Made by a program: the position numbers and the translations under genes
NCBI GenBank assembly: GCA_014816185.1
Contig: GCA_014816185.1_4095.1
Reading direction: 5' to 3' (one strand)
Length of the DNA stretch: 64,000 nucleotides
Origin: a phage
The notes under the pieces: model-generated
What the model saw: the letters and a program-made list of their open reading frames with translations, nothing else
Told to the model about the DNA's origin: nothing
The model's database searches: none
Part shown: positions 1 to 10,658 of the stretch, piece by piece
Numbering within the stretch: position 1 is the first letter of the stretch
How the letters are laid out: every line of letters starts with the position of its first letter

Positions 1-278
<278 letters not shown>

Positions 279-332
279 ATGGGGAGGTTGTGATTCCCGA
301 TTCAGTAGCTTATAAAGCAATTCCGTATGTGT

Positions 333-662
<330 letters not shown>

Positions 663-717
663 GACTGCCAAACAGCTTGAAGTACTTTGTAGTGCTGCAC
701 CTATGCCGACACTTGGC

Positions 718-818
<101 letters not shown>

Positions 819-830
819 TATCTTACTTCT

Positions 831-920
<90 letters not shown>

Positions 921-926
921 TACACT

Positions 927-1352
927 ATGAAATACAACATTGTTAGAATGGTGAACTATGTATTAAAAAACAACGCATGGTCATTGCATGATGTACAATT
1001 AGAAGATATTGGTGAAGTTAGAGTATTTTGCTATGATCCAGATTTGAATCAAACCACAGATTTGAGTAAATGTTTTAATATTTTTCTTGGTTATGAATTC
1101 AATAATCATTTTTATTCATTTGATGTGTATTTTGAAAAAGTTATATTCAGAAGTTATGAATGTGATAATGAAGATTATGATTATGATGACGAATCAATTG
1201 AATTGAATGTTAACGATATTGATACTGAAGAAAAATTCTTCCAGTACTGCCTCGTTAACAACACATTAGGATTAACATTTGATGACATTAGTGCTATCCT
1301 TAAAGTTCAAAGATTGATTCCAGAAGAGGTATTAAATCCGTTAAATGACTAG
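927..1352 (+). CDS. hypothetical protein, paralog family A
   Basis: C-terminal motif FFQY..N..GLT.DD..AIL.V.RLI shared with 1345, 2421 and 2851 ORFs. Confidence 0.6.
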   Translation: MKYNIVRMVNYVLKNNAWSLHDVQLEDIGEVRVFCYDPDLNQTTDLSKCFNIFLGYEFNNHFYSFDVYFEKVIFRSYECDNEDYDYDDESIELNVNDIDTEEKFFQYCLVNNTLGLTFDDISAILKVQRLIPEEVLNPLND

Positions 1353-1710
1353 TCTAATAGTACGTATAATGCAAGATGTTTGTAATAACCTTTATACAGG
1401 CAATTTTGACGATCCGAACATAAAAATATTATGTTATGATGGTTTTACAATGGTACATCCAGCCTATTCAAATAATATCTACGTAGCATATACAGGTGAA
1501 AATCTATTATATCAATTTGATATATATAGTACAATGACAAAGATAATTTTGGATGCATCTAAACCAGCAATCTTTATTGCTTCTCATGATTACCATTACA
1601 CTGAAGAATCACTATTTCAGTACTCAATGATTAATGACATTGGTGGGTTGACATTGGATGAGGTTAATGCTATACTAGCTGTCTCACGTTTGGTTAAAAC
1701 CCACAATTAG
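1345..1710 (+). CDS. hypothetical protein, paralog family A
   Basis: Start overlaps upstream stop; shares C-terminal motif LFQYSMINDIGGLTLDEVNAILAVSRLV. Confidence 0.6.
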   Translation: MTSLIVRIMQDVCNNLYTGNFDDPNIKILCYDGFTMVHPAYSNNIYVAYTGENLLYQFDIYSTMTKIILDASKPAIFIASHDYHYTEESLFQYSMINDIGGLTLDEVNAILAVSRLVKTHN

Positions 1711-1719
1711 GAGATTCAT

Positions 1720-1911
1720 ATGTTCTGGAATTTATTATGCTTGTTTGGTCGTACATTGGTTCTTGCTATTATTCATACACCTGGTATTCGTAATTATGTT
1801 TCTTATGAATTTAAGAAAAATTATCACAACAATACTGAAGTTCGTACAACTAAGATGTGCAAAGACTTCAAGGTAGATGTTCCACCATTCAAGAAGTACG
1901 AGGATGAATAA
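1720..1911 (+). CDS. small protein with hydrophobic N-terminus
   Basis: AGGAG SD upstream; N-terminal hydrophobic stretch. Confidence 0.5.
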   Translation: MFWNLLCLFGRTLVLAIIHTPGIRNYVSYEFKKNYHNNTEVRTTKMCKDFKVDVPPFKKYEDE

Positions 1912-2195
1912 TGGAATTCATTGTTGCACCTGATGAACTTAAAACATTCACGTTCAGAGATAATAACAATTATCCTTATACAAATCATTCATTGAATTCA
2001 TTACATGTTATTGCAATCATTGCATCTGAATACAGGGATAATCCATGTATTGATTTTAAAACCACTGATGGCGAATATACATGGGTGATCCCAAAAGATA
2101 AATATAGTTATCAAGGGGCAGTAGAAATTCGTGACTCGATTCTAAAACAAATCGAAGATGGAAATACTCATCCTAAACTAAACACTCAGTACTGA
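1911..2195 (+). CDS. hypothetical protein
   Basis: TAATG start/stop overlap, GAGGA SD. Confidence 0.55.
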   Translation: MEFIVAPDELKTFTFRDNNNYPYTNHSLNSLHVIAIIASEYRDNPCIDFKTTDGEYTWVIPKDKYSYQGAVEIRDSILKQIEDGNTHPKLNTQY

Positions 2196-2208
2196 AATCG
2201 TTTAACCC

Positions 2209-2264
2209 GATAGCTTCTAGTCAGTACTGATTCCTCCTTATGTATAGAAGCTATCACTTTTTTA
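2209..2264 (+). terminator. hairpin plus T-run
   Basis: Inverted repeat GATAGCTTCTA...TAGAAGCTATC with long loop containing CAGTACTG, followed by CTTTTTTA. Confidence 0.4.
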
Positions 2265-2384
2265 CGTATAATGATATTACCCTCAAATTCATTATATTCG
2301 TTACCCTCTAACAGTATCTTTTTATTCCTCTTGGATGCTGTAATTTAGAAGTTGACTTTTTAACTTCTACTGTGTTATACTTAA

Positions 2385-2411
2385 GGCTGATTCGATGAAT
2401 CGGCCTTTTTT
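2385..2411 (+). terminator. rho-independent terminator-like hairpin
   Basis: GGCTGATTC-GAT-GAATCGGCC stem-loop followed by TTTTTTC, just upstream of the 2421 start. Confidence 0.5.
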
Positions 2412-2420
2412 CTTATATAG

Positions 2421-2849
2421 GTGAATGCAATGAGTTATTTGTTTACTTTAATTGATAAGTATGTTGACATTGTATACCGTCAAGTTTGTAGTGATACGTT
2501 TGAAACAAAAAACCCAATTAGAGATGGCATTTTTGATGTTGTCGTTGGATCATTTTTGAATGGATACACAGAGACATTATACAACAGTAATAATATTTTT
2601 ATTTCAGTTCAATCCAGACATACATCAGACTATGCTGTTAGCATTGATATTTGGGAAAATAATATAGAAATAGATATAACGGAACATACTAACATTCATG
2701 TTGATGATACATTTAATCAATTAACTGAAGAAATGTACTTGCAGTTGAATTTTGTACATGATCTTACAAATATCAGTTATGATACATTAAGGAAAATATG
2801 TTTTCTTAGTGGGGTGATCCGTAGTAATATGAGTAAGGATAGGAAGTGA
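2421..2849 (+). CDS. hypothetical protein, paralog family A
   Basis: SD AGGTGA; C-terminal family A motif. Confidence 0.6.
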   Translation: MNAMSYLFTLIDKYVDIVYRQVCSDTFETKNPIRDGIFDVVVGSFLNGYTETLYNSNNIFISVQSRHTSDYAVSIDIWENNIEIDITEHTNIHVDDTFNQLTEEMYLQLNFVHDLTNISYDTLRKICFLSGVIRSNMSKDRK

Positions 2850-2850
2850 A

Positions 2851-3267
2851 ATGTTAAAAATTCCACCTAAGTCGTTAACACATCTTATTGAATGTGGTGT
2901 AATATTTTCCGAAGGTGATACCTCATCATACACATTGGTCGATGAACCTTATAATTTTTCATACCAATCTTATAAAAATAATTCTAAAATTTCTTGTAGA
3001 TATGCTGAAAACATATTAATAGATGTTTCGTTACATAATGTTCCGAAATTTTACATTGATATCTTTGGTGATTCTTTGACAATTCGAACATATGATTATT
3101 TTATTAATAAAGACCTCTTGAGTCTTCCAATTGAACATGATACTATAGATTCAGAGATGTTCTTTCAACTATCAACAGTTTACGATTTACAGGGTTTAAC
3201 TGTTGAGCAGTTGAATGGAATATTTGAGATTTCACGAAACATACGAAGCAGGAATAAAAATGTCTAA
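2851..3267 (+). CDS. hypothetical protein, paralog family A
   Basis: SD GGAAGTGA; C-terminal motif MFFQLSTVYDLQGLTVEQLNGIFEISRNI. Confidence 0.6.
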   Translation: MLKIPPKSLTHLIECGVIFSEGDTSSYTLVDEPYNFSYQSYKNNSKISCRYAENILIDVSLHNVPKFYIDIFGDSLTIRTYDYFINKDLLSLPIEHDTIDSEMFFQLSTVYDLQGLTVEQLNGIFEISRNIRSRNKNV

Positions 3268-3661
3268 TATTTTAAATGAAAAAACAGTTGATGTTGTTAT
3301 TGGTGTTCTTAACACCGCAACTTCATTTCAGAAGAAACACAGTGTTGTATACTTTGGTGAAGATTGTTGGCTGAACTATACTAATAATTCGTTTATAATT
3401 CGTGTAGAGGCTGATGATATTGGATTAACCGTTCAGGTAGGATGTGCCAAAACTGACAAACAAATCACTGTCATTGTTGATAAACTTACGTCTTCTTTTT
3501 ATGATAGTATAGATGATTGTGAACACTATAGTTCAACATTTTATGATACAGAAGAAGAACATTTTATGGAAAGTACTGTTCAAGAGTTAGCTATTCCATA
3601 TAAGCTAATGAAAGCCGTGAGTGATTTAATTTTAAAATATAAAAAAAATAGGAGTTACTAA
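3260..3661 (+). CDS. hypothetical protein
   Basis: Start moved from track position 3215 to internal ATG with AGGAA SD (MSNILNEK). Confidence 0.55.
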   Translation: MSNILNEKTVDVVIGVLNTATSFQKKHSVVYFGEDCWLNYTNNSFIIRVEADDIGLTVQVGCAKTDKQITVIVDKLTSSFYDSIDDCEHYSSTFYDTEEEHFMESTVQELAIPYKLMKAVSDLILKYKKNRSY

Positions 3662-4107
3662 TGCAATTTAATGGTAAAGTTTCCAAAGTAGGTTTGGTTT
3701 TTGAAAACTGTGAATTTGTTGATATTGATGTAAAGAATGTTTTATGGATGCATATTGCTGATGAGAAGACTCTTTGTAGCCGTTTTTCAAACGGACTGAC
3801 AATTAGTACTGTTATCGGTGAGTTCGGTATTGCATTACGCAGCAATACACCATCGGATTTCATGGACAACTCTACACTGTTAGACCGTTTAAAAATGCGT
3901 GACGTTACACACGTTTATCTATATGATACTAACGGTGTTGAACAGCGTTATGTAGTTGAATGGGCTAATTATAACCTTAGTGATCAATATTCAGTAAACC
4001 AGCGTGTTCAAATCACCCCTGGTGGTAATATTGTGTTTGTTAGTTCAACTGGTAAATTAATCAGTGTAGATGATAAAAACATTGACCTATTCACAGCATA
4101 TAACTAA
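3661..4107 (+). CDS. hypothetical protein
   Basis: AGGAG SD, TAATG overlap with upstream stop. Confidence 0.6.
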   Translation: MQFNGKVSKVGLVFENCEFVDIDVKNVLWMHIADEKTLCSRFSNGLTISTVIGEFGIALRSNTPSDFMDNSTLLDRLKMRDVTHVYLYDTNGVEQRYVVEWANYNLSDQYSVNQRVQITPGGNIVFVSSTGKLISVDDKNIDLFTAYN

Positions 4108-4118
4108 TACGAGCTTCC

Positions 4119-4538
4119 ATGAAAACAATCAAAATTCATTTCAAAGACACTTGGACAGAAGTAAGTACTGGTAATATTCAGGATATTTTATATAGTACTG
4201 AAACTATTCATGTTTATGATGAAGAGACTGCTTCCGAGCAGTTAAAAGTTTTGCATCGTAGTGTTGGTGTGCACACTGAATATGGCATTAAACATACTCG
4301 TGAATTACTTAATACTAATCACATTGAAACCCGTAAAGCAAACTTATCAAAAGAAGAAATGTTCGATTTCATCCTGAACCATAAAGTTCATATTGAGCCT
4401 GATGGGTCTATATGGGAGAACACTGCTGGACAAAAAGTGCTGAAAAAATATCATGTTTCAATTGATAATGTAAAAATGTCAGGGTATGATTTGGAAGATG
4501 CAATTAATGAATATGTATCTAGGCAGAGGGCAAATTGA
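4119..4538 (+). CDS. hypothetical protein
   Basis: ORF in gene-dense plus-strand run. Confidence 0.55.
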   Translation: MKTIKIHFKDTWTEVSTGNIQDILYSTETIHVYDEETASEQLKVLHRSVGVHTEYGIKHTRELLNTNHIETRKANLSKEEMFDFILNHKVHIEPDGSIWENTAGQKVLKKYHVSIDNVKMSGYDLEDAINEYVSRQRAN

Positions 4539-4909
4539 TGAGCTTGATAACATTTACAATTATTTGTTGCATTACTATTGTACTTTGTCGCCTGATTCAT
4601 GTATACTCATATCATAAAGCGTTGCGAATCGAACAAGAGATTTACAACGAAAACCGAGAACCAGAACCAGTCAAGAAGCCACCATCACCTTATGGGTTGA
4701 AACGTGAGATGCATTCTCAAAGTAAAAAGTGGGGTTATGCAATTACTAAAAATGGCTACATCTATACTGCAAGTAATGGTTATTTTCAAATTCACCACGA
4801 ATTAGAAGTGGCAGTTCAAATTTTGTGGGAGATGGAGGACATTGGTGGTTATGAGCGTACTAAGTTTGAATTCATATCAAATGATCCAGGAACTTCACGA
4901 GAAACATGA
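4535..4909 (+). CDS. hypothetical protein with N-terminal TM segment
   Basis: ATGA overlap, GAGGG SD, hydrophobic N-terminus. Confidence 0.5.
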   Translation: MMSLITFTIICCITIVLCRLIHVYSYHKALRIEQEIYNENREPEPVKKPPSPYGLKREMHSQSKKWGYAITKNGYIYTASNGYFQIHHELEVAVQILWEMEDIGGYERTKFEFISNDPGTSRET

Positions 4910-5054
4910 TATAATTGTTGATGTGGAGAAGAAGGAAGTCGTTATGAAAAAGCAAGCATATAGAATTTTAGAAGACTTCCATCTAAAAGCATTTATAATG
5001 AAGTTCTGTACAGATGAACATCTTACCGGACGAGTAATACGTAAGGAGTTGTAA
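4842..5054 (+). CDS. hypothetical small protein (start uncertain)
   Basis: Overlaps previous gene in another frame; internal ATG near 4944 has AGGAAG SD and may be the true start. Confidence 0.3.
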   Translation: MVVMSVLSLNSYQMIQELHEKHDIIVDVEKKEVVMKKQAYRILEDFHLKAFIMKFCTDEHLTGRVIRKEL

Positions 5055-5396
5055 ATGAACTTAAGTTCAACAATTCAGTACTTGAGCAGTAACTTCGAGA
5101 AAATTATTTCTCGCGGTGGGATGATTGTACACCCAGAAACAGAGGAAATGTACATCATTGGATTTGATAAAAATTCTTATGATCAAGTACTTGTAATTTC
5201 CAAGTTAGAAAGTTATAATGAAGTTGTTCAGTTTTGCTGTACCGAATTTGGTATATATATTAAAGACGCTGAAACTAATACAATTTCGCATTATTTTTAC
5301 CACACACTGATGGGTACTAAAGACTTCGGCTTGAAGTTCGATGATTTAGTACAATGTCACTATATGTTTAAAACCTTCCCAGCTAGTGGGCATTAA
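5055..5396 (+). CDS. hypothetical protein
   Basis: AAGGAG SD. Confidence 0.6.
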   Translation: MNLSSTIQYLSSNFEKIISRGGMIVHPETEEMYIIGFDKNSYDQVLVISKLESYNEVVQFCCTEFGIYIKDAETNTISHYFYHTLMGTKDFGLKFDDLVQCHYMFKTFPASGH

Positions 5397-5409
5397 GGAG
5401 TATATCAAT

Positions 5410-6198
5410 ATGAGCAACATTTTCTTCAAAACTATTTCTTTCAAAAAAGCATCTTACTCCTACGCCTACGTTGATGGTAAAGTGCTTAATATTGTACTGG
5501 ATGGTGTTGACGTACCAGTTGAATTTAAAACACATGAAGAAGCAGTTGAAGGTGCTAAAGAATTGAATTCAATTCTTAATGGTGAAGTAAGTCAAAAACA
5601 ACATGTAAAATCTGATTTAGATGTACTTTTGGAAAAAATCAAAACTGGTGAAGTATTAGAAATTTTAGACAACTGTAATGAAAAACTTCGTAATGTAGTT
5701 AATAATGTTCGTGACCAGATTCAAGAAAAAGCACTAGAGCAAGCATTCAAACATGTATCCAAGAATGCTGAATCTCGTATTGACGGTATGGTTAAAAATC
5801 TTGATGATGTACTATCTCATCTCTTTACTAAAGAATACGAACAAGAAGTTGAAGAAGAACCAGTAAAAGAAACTAAAAAAGAAAAACGTAGCTTTGGCTC
5901 AGGTGATGATGTGTTTGGTTTTACGAATGTCCGAACAAGTGCAGATGAACCAAAAGAAATTAGTGAGATGCTCATTGGTGACATGACAACTAAGCAGCTT
6001 CGTAATGAAATTGACAAGTTTGTAACTAGTTGTATCAAATCAGAACGTGCACAAAGTATGTTTAAAAGCATTAGTGAGAACTTTGGTCCAGAAGCAACTG
6101 AGCAGGCACTAACTGCATTTAAAGAATTGATTTATAATGTAGCCATTAGCAATCCAGATAAAACACTTGAAGAAGTTCTACGTGACAATTTCAAATAA
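5410..6198 (+). CDS. hypothetical acidic protein
   Basis: Start moved to ATG with AGGAG SD (MSNIFFK); charged, coiled-coil-like composition. Confidence 0.6.
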   Translation: MSNIFFKTISFKKASYSYAYVDGKVLNIVLDGVDVPVEFKTHEEAVEGAKELNSILNGEVSQKQHVKSDLDVLLEKIKTGEVLEILDNCNEKLRNVVNNVRDQIQEKALEQAFKHVSKNAESRIDGMVKNLDDVLSHLFTKEYEQEVEEEPVKETKKEKRSFGSGDDVFGFTNVRTSADEPKEISEMLIGDMTTKQLRNEIDKFVTSCIKSERAQSMFKSISENFGPEATEQALTAFKELIYNVAISNPDKTLEEVLRDNFK

Positions 6199-6206
6199 TT
6201 AGATAA

Positions 6207-6240
6207 AATTAAAGCCACTACAATGTAGTGGCTTTTTTAT
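6207..6240. terminator. bidirectional terminator between convergent genes
   Basis: AGCCACTAC-AAT-GTAGTGGCT hairpin flanked by A-run and T-run. Confidence 0.6.
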
Positions 6241-7394
6241 TATGCGTTGTAACCAACTATTACGACTGAGCAGTCAAGCGGTTCTACTACTTTAAGAATT
6301 ACATTATCATCTTCATCCACTTGTATTTCACTATGAACTACATGATTGTCTGAAGAATATAATTGAACTTGTGGTAGTGCTTTACCATGTTCAGTTACTG
6401 GAACTGAGATAGAGTACATAGAGTCTTCACCGAGAACCCACTCACTTAAAGTATATTCTTTATGGAAAGGAGTAGTATGCAGTGTTTTTCCGATTATACT
6501 CAAAGAAACAGGTAAATTATCAGTTTGATACACAGTAATATTACCTTCTGCGTCTACAGAAAGATCTACACCAACTTGATATAAGTCACCACTGTATGCT
6601 TGAAGTGCTAAGTACTGTCCACGATCATGAACATCAAATGGAACAACCGCAGAAAATACACCTTCCGAAACAGGTTCAAATTGGGATAGAAGAACTGATG
6701 TAACAAAATCAATATCCTCACCACTTTCAAGAACATCAAATTCCACCACTTTAGTGTTATAATATGGAGAAGTGAGTGTAGCAGTACCTTTCCCTGATTG
6801 TGTGATAACATCAACTGGAATTGTAAATGCATCATTAACAAATTGGGTAGTAAAGTATTCTGTCCCGTCTGGTAATACGATTGTTATTACCATACCGTTA
6901 GTATCAATTTCTGAACCAGTGTTGAATAATTTACCACTAATTGAGTCATTACCAACAAATACTGGTGAAATGAGAATATTATCTATATCACGATCTATAA
7001 TACCACATTCAGGTGTATACATATGATACAAGGTTTGTGAACTACCTAAAATTGTTTTATGTAGCATAAATTTATATACAAATCCAGTATCAGTTTCTTG
7101 TGGCTCTTCAGAATATCCACGAACAAAGAAACAATTTTTATTAATTTCACTTAATAGTTGGTCATTAGTTTTATTGTAATTTAATAGATAACCTTTATTA
7201 TCTTTAGTTGTTATTTGTACTTTACGATATATTATATTAGTTCTTGGATCAACTAAATCATATAATCTATGGCTTCTTTGGCGATAGATTCTAATATTTT
7301 TTAGTCTAGTTCCATCGTTGAGGATTGCACCATCAACAACATAACCACATTCACCAAACTTATAGCGTCCAGCCGCAGCAATTGACCTTGACAT
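6240..7394 (-). CDS. hypothetical protein (384 aa)
   Basis: Only minus-strand gene in the first 39 kb; GGAGGG SD upstream of ATG; divergent promoter region 7395-7510. Confidence 0.65.
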   Translation of the reverse strand: MSRSIAAAGRYKFGECGYVVDGAILNDGTRLKNIRIYRQRSHRLYDLVDPRTNIIYRKVQITTKDNKGYLLNYNKTNDQLLSEINKNCFFVRGYSEEPQETDTGFVYKFMLHKTILGSSQTLYHMYTPECGIIDRDIDNILISPVFVGNDSISGKLFNTGSEIDTNGMVITIVLPDGTEYFTTQFVNDAFTIPVDVITQSGKGTATLTSPYYNTKVVEFDVLESGEDIDFVTSVLLSQFEPVSEGVFSAVVPFDVHDRGQYLALQAYSGDLYQVGVDLSVDAEGNITVYQTDNLPVSLSIIGKTLHTTPFHKEYTLSEWVLGEDSMYSISVPVTEHGKALPQVQLYSSDNHVVHSEIQVDEDDNVILKVVEPLDCSVVIVGYNA

Positions 7395-7510
7395 TTATCC
7401 CTCCATTGGTATAATTATTATAACGTATTTATTATGCATATCCAAAAAATGAGCTTGACTGGTGTATGATTTGGTGTTATCATGTAGTGAATGAATAATG
7501 AGGTGTTTTT

Positions 7511-8095
7511 ATGAATGTTATTGATAATAGATTAGTACTGAAAAATGGAAAAATGACTGTTAAGTTATATAAAGATGAAGCTGATTCTTTTATGGCAAAA
7601 GCGATTGAAAAATCAGAACGATATAAACTTTTGGCTCCAGCAAGTAAATCGCCATATGGTTTTAATCATGCACATAGTCATTTTGTTGGTATGGTGTGTG
7701 AGCACGCATCTTTAGTACTTTTTAATGAAATTGAAAACAATACTGGTATTAAACTTAATATCGATCCAGCATTCCAAAATGAAGCACGTGACGGTGAATG
7801 TGATATTAAGGTAAACAACCTTCGTATTGAAGTAAAAGGTATCAAGTATAAATCATGGACTGACTTTGGACCATGTGTTAGTACTCGACAGTTAAAAAAT
7901 ATCCAGAAAAAAGCTGACGTAATACTATGGGTATTGTATAATGAGAAAAAACAAGAGTTCACGTTTGAGGGATTCAACTATGTAAAAGATATTAGTTCTA
8001 TCCCAGTTGTCCTCACTGGTGTACCAGGGCGACCAATGATTGAAAATCACCCAGTACTCGGTATTATGAAACCACTACAGGAGTTACCATTGTGA
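7511..8095 (+). CDS. hypothetical protein; weak D...ExK nuclease-like motif
   Basis: SD GAGGTG; RDGECD ... RIEVKG resembles a PD-(D/E)xK core, unverified. Confidence 0.5.
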   Translation: MNVIDNRLVLKNGKMTVKLYKDEADSFMAKAIEKSERYKLLAPASKSPYGFNHAHSHFVGMVCEHASLVLFNEIENNTGIKLNIDPAFQNEARDGECDIKVNNLRIEVKGIKYKSWTDFGPCVSTRQLKNIQKKADVILWVLYNEKKQEFTFEGFNYVKDISSIPVVLTGVPGRPMIENHPVLGIMKPLQELPL

Positions 8096-8319
8096 TTACT
8101 GCAACTGTATATCAAGATATCAATGAAGAATTTCATTCTAAAATTGCGTTCTTATCATTTCCTGTACTCCCAGTAGTTGGGTCAACGTTGAATCTTACCA
8201 TTTGTGGGTTTGAGAAATATTATAAAGTTCTAGATATTGAGTACTGTGCTGATGTGTATTCATGTAATAGTGAAATTGCAATTCCAGTATCAATCGATAT
8301 TATTGTAAAAGAGGTTTGA
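8092..8319 (+). CDS. hypothetical small protein
   Basis: GTG start overlapping upstream stop (GTGA), AGGAG SD. Confidence 0.45.
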   Translation: MITATVYQDINEEFHSKIAFLSFPVLPVVGSTLNLTICGFEKYYKVLDIEYCADVYSCNSEIAIPVSIDIIVKEV

Positions 8320-8777
8320 TTATGTTTAAGAATTTTATGGTTATCGTAGCAGTACTGTTTGGTACATCATGTTTTATTTCCCCAGTACACGCAGAAGAAC
8401 AACGTCAAACTATTAAAACTATTGGGACTGGTAAAACTCCCCCTAAACGTACTGCTGACGAATACATGCCTGAAATGCGTGAACGTTATCGTCAGACATA
8501 CAGGGAAAAACATGCTAATGATAAACCCATCAAGAAGCATAAATGGGAAGTTGTTAAATCTCCTTCATTTTGTGCTGGATATGCTAAAGTAAAGATTGAG
8601 CAGCACAAAAACCAGTACTATAAAGATATGTATTCCTTCTATGACTCCAGAATTTCTGACACAGATATGATGGCAGGGAAGGTTGATAAAGAAGAATTTC
8701 TACAAGGCTATGATATGATGGACGATGACAAAATCATGGAATGCGTTGAAGTGTATGAAAAATACAGAGGCTTCTGA
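8316..8777 (+). CDS. secreted protein (signal peptide)
   Basis: N-terminus MIMFKNFMVIVAVLFGTSCFISPVHA then charged mature region. Confidence 0.6.
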   Translation: MIMFKNFMVIVAVLFGTSCFISPVHAEEQRQTIKTIGTGKTPPKRTADEYMPEMRERYRQTYREKHANDKPIKKHKWEVVKSPSFCAGYAKVKIEQHKNQYYKDMYSFYDSRISDTDMMAGKVDKEEFLQGYDMMDDDKIMECVEVYEKYRGF

Positions 8778-9253
8778 TGTTAACAATAGTGTTGTTGGTA
8801 AGTCCATTTGTGTATTTTGTGCTGTATAATATTTTTAGTAATGCTAATCATTTTAAATATGCACAAACAATTGCAAAACATGAAGGATTTTGGAATTTTT
8901 TCCCAGCGTTACTATGCTCATATCTATACCATGAACGCTATTTCATTTTTCCTGAATATAAAAATTATGGTTATGATTCTAAAGTAAATGGTATAATTGA
9001 GTACTGTATAAGAAATTTTCTTAATAATAATGATAACGTCCAAGTAAGAATAGGAAATGGTAATATATCAAGAATAGTTTTCATACCTGATATACAAGAT
9101 CCAATATACTTATATCCATATGATTATAGTATTAGTGTAGGTTGTTCGATACATGGTAGTAAATCTATGTACGATTACTTTATCTTACCACCAACACAAA
9201 TTAGATTAATAGAAAAATATTTGAGGGAAAAGTTTGACAACAAAGATTCTTAG
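8777..9253 (+). CDS. hypothetical protein with N-terminal TM
   Basis: TGATG overlap; hydrophobic N-terminus. Confidence 0.5.
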   Translation: MLTIVLLVSPFVYFVLYNIFSNANHFKYAQTIAKHEGFWNFFPALLCSYLYHERYFIFPEYKNYGYDSKVNGIIEYCIRNFLNNNDNVQVRIGNGNISRIVFIPDIQDPIYLYPYDYSISVGCSIHGSKSMYDYFILPPTQIRLIEKYLREKFDNKDS

Positions 9254-9294
9254 TATTATAATTAACACACCAAGTAACCCAAGGGGGATGGAAA

Positions 9295-9753
9295 ATGGAT
9301 GTATTAGCTACAAATTTCAAACGTAATGTTGAAGAGCGTGAAGGTTATTTTAGTATTAGTGAAGTTGTCGATGACAATTTTAAACAATACATTTTTAATA
9401 GTGCAATTAAATTAAAATGCACAAAAGATTCACCTGATCGTAGCTTTACTAAATGGATTGCGTATTGGGAAGATTCACCAGTTGCAATTGAAATGACTGT
9501 GATTACAACAGTACTTGAAACTGGTTACATCAAAGCCATTATAGTTGATAAGAAAGTCCGTACTCTTGATGAAATTAATCCATATCCAGCCCGAAATTCT
9601 AAAGTTTTTGGTGTGTTGGTTGATGGTAAATTTATGATAGAAAAAGATGCAAAGGAATATGTAATTAATAAACTTCAAACTACATCAGAAAAAAAGGAAG
9701 TAGTGGACCAAAACTCTGTTGATGCAATCAAAAAAGCATGGGGGCTAAAGTAA
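9295..9753 (+). CDS. hypothetical protein
   Basis: SD AGGGGGA. Confidence 0.6.
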   Translation: MDVLATNFKRNVEEREGYFSISEVVDDNFKQYIFNSAIKLKCTKDSPDRSFTKWIAYWEDSPVAIEMTVITTVLETGYIKAIIVDKKVRTLDEINPYPARNSKVFGVLVDGKFMIEKDAKEYVINKLQTTSEKKEVVDQNSVDAIKKAWGLK

Positions 9754-9754
9754 T

Positions 9755-10177
9755 ATGTTCACACTAAGTAATGCAAAATATCTTTTTCTTATTAGTATTA
9801 TTGGTTGGGTTATGGCTCCAGTGCTAAATGCACTGGGGTTTTCCGATGAACATAAACTTTTAAATGTTTCAGGTTTAATTCAGGGTATTTCATGGTATAC
9901 ATTAATTACATTTTCAGTGTGCATCAATACATTTGCCCGTGATTATCGACGTTTGTTATATCTGAAAGTATTTGGAACTACACGATATAGTTTTGTTTAC
10001 ACTTTCATTTTAGTACCGTGTATGTTATATGCATTTGTATTTGATTACTATACATATCTATGGGTATGTGGAACTATGTTTGTTATGTTGGAATACATCA
10101 GAACTGTTCAAAACTCATATGCTGATGAGTTTCATGATCTAGAAGTTAAACGAAAATTAACGGAGCTAAACAAATGA
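9755..10177 (+). CDS. integral membrane protein
   Basis: Multiple hydrophobic segments. Confidence 0.55.
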   Translation: MFTLSNAKYLFLISIIGWVMAPVLNALGFSDEHKLLNVSGLIQGISWYTLITFSVCINTFARDYRRLLYLKVFGTTRYSFVYTFILVPCMLYAFVFDYYTYLWVCGTMFVMLEYIRTVQNSYADEFHDLEVKRKLTELNK

Positions 10178-10599
10178 GAGGCTATAATAAGATTTGTATT
10201 TTTGTATTTTTAGTTTGTGCATTCAATTCGTTTGGTTACTACTGTACAGAAAATAATATTTCATATGGTTTAAATCCTTTGTGGTTTACAATTTCCAATG
10301 TAGCACAAATTGGTATTGCTCTTATGTCTGCACTTATGTTCTGTCCAATTGTCACTATGGATACTGATCATGAAAGGCTTGGATTTCTCCGTGATACTGG
10401 AGACGAACCTTACAGTAGATTGATTGTGTTGTATCCATTTATTGTTATTTTAGGTACTAACATCCAACTTGGGTCATTATCTAATAGTGTTACATCAGCA
10501 GCTATTGCTATATTTGCATTCACATTTTTTATGGTACACAAATCAGTACTTAATTGGTATATCACAAAAATGGCAGAAGAAGGTACTAAAAATACTTGA
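10174..10599 (+). CDS. integral membrane protein
   Basis: ATGA overlap; multiple hydrophobic segments. Confidence 0.55.
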   Translation: MRGYNKICIFVFLVCAFNSFGYYCTENNISYGLNPLWFTISNVAQIGIALMSALMFCPIVTMDTDHERLGFLRDTGDEPYSRLIVLYPFIVILGTNIQLGSLSNSVTSAAIAIFAFTFFMVHKSVLNWYITKMAEEGTKNT

Positions 10600-10624
10600 C
10601 ATAATTTAGTATGTTATATATAAT
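10596..10624 (+). promoter_or_regulatory. sigma70-like promoter
   Basis: TTGACA - 17 nt - TATAAT upstream of the 10659 gene. Confidence 0.5.
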
Positions 10625-10658
10625 TATTTTGTTAAAAACAAATTAGAGTAAGGAACTT

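Noticed and set aside
5817-7977. Nested antisense or alternate-frame ORFs (5817-6071, 6608-6841, 6772-7026, 7678-7977)
   Set aside because: They are shadow ORFs inside longer, better-supported genes.
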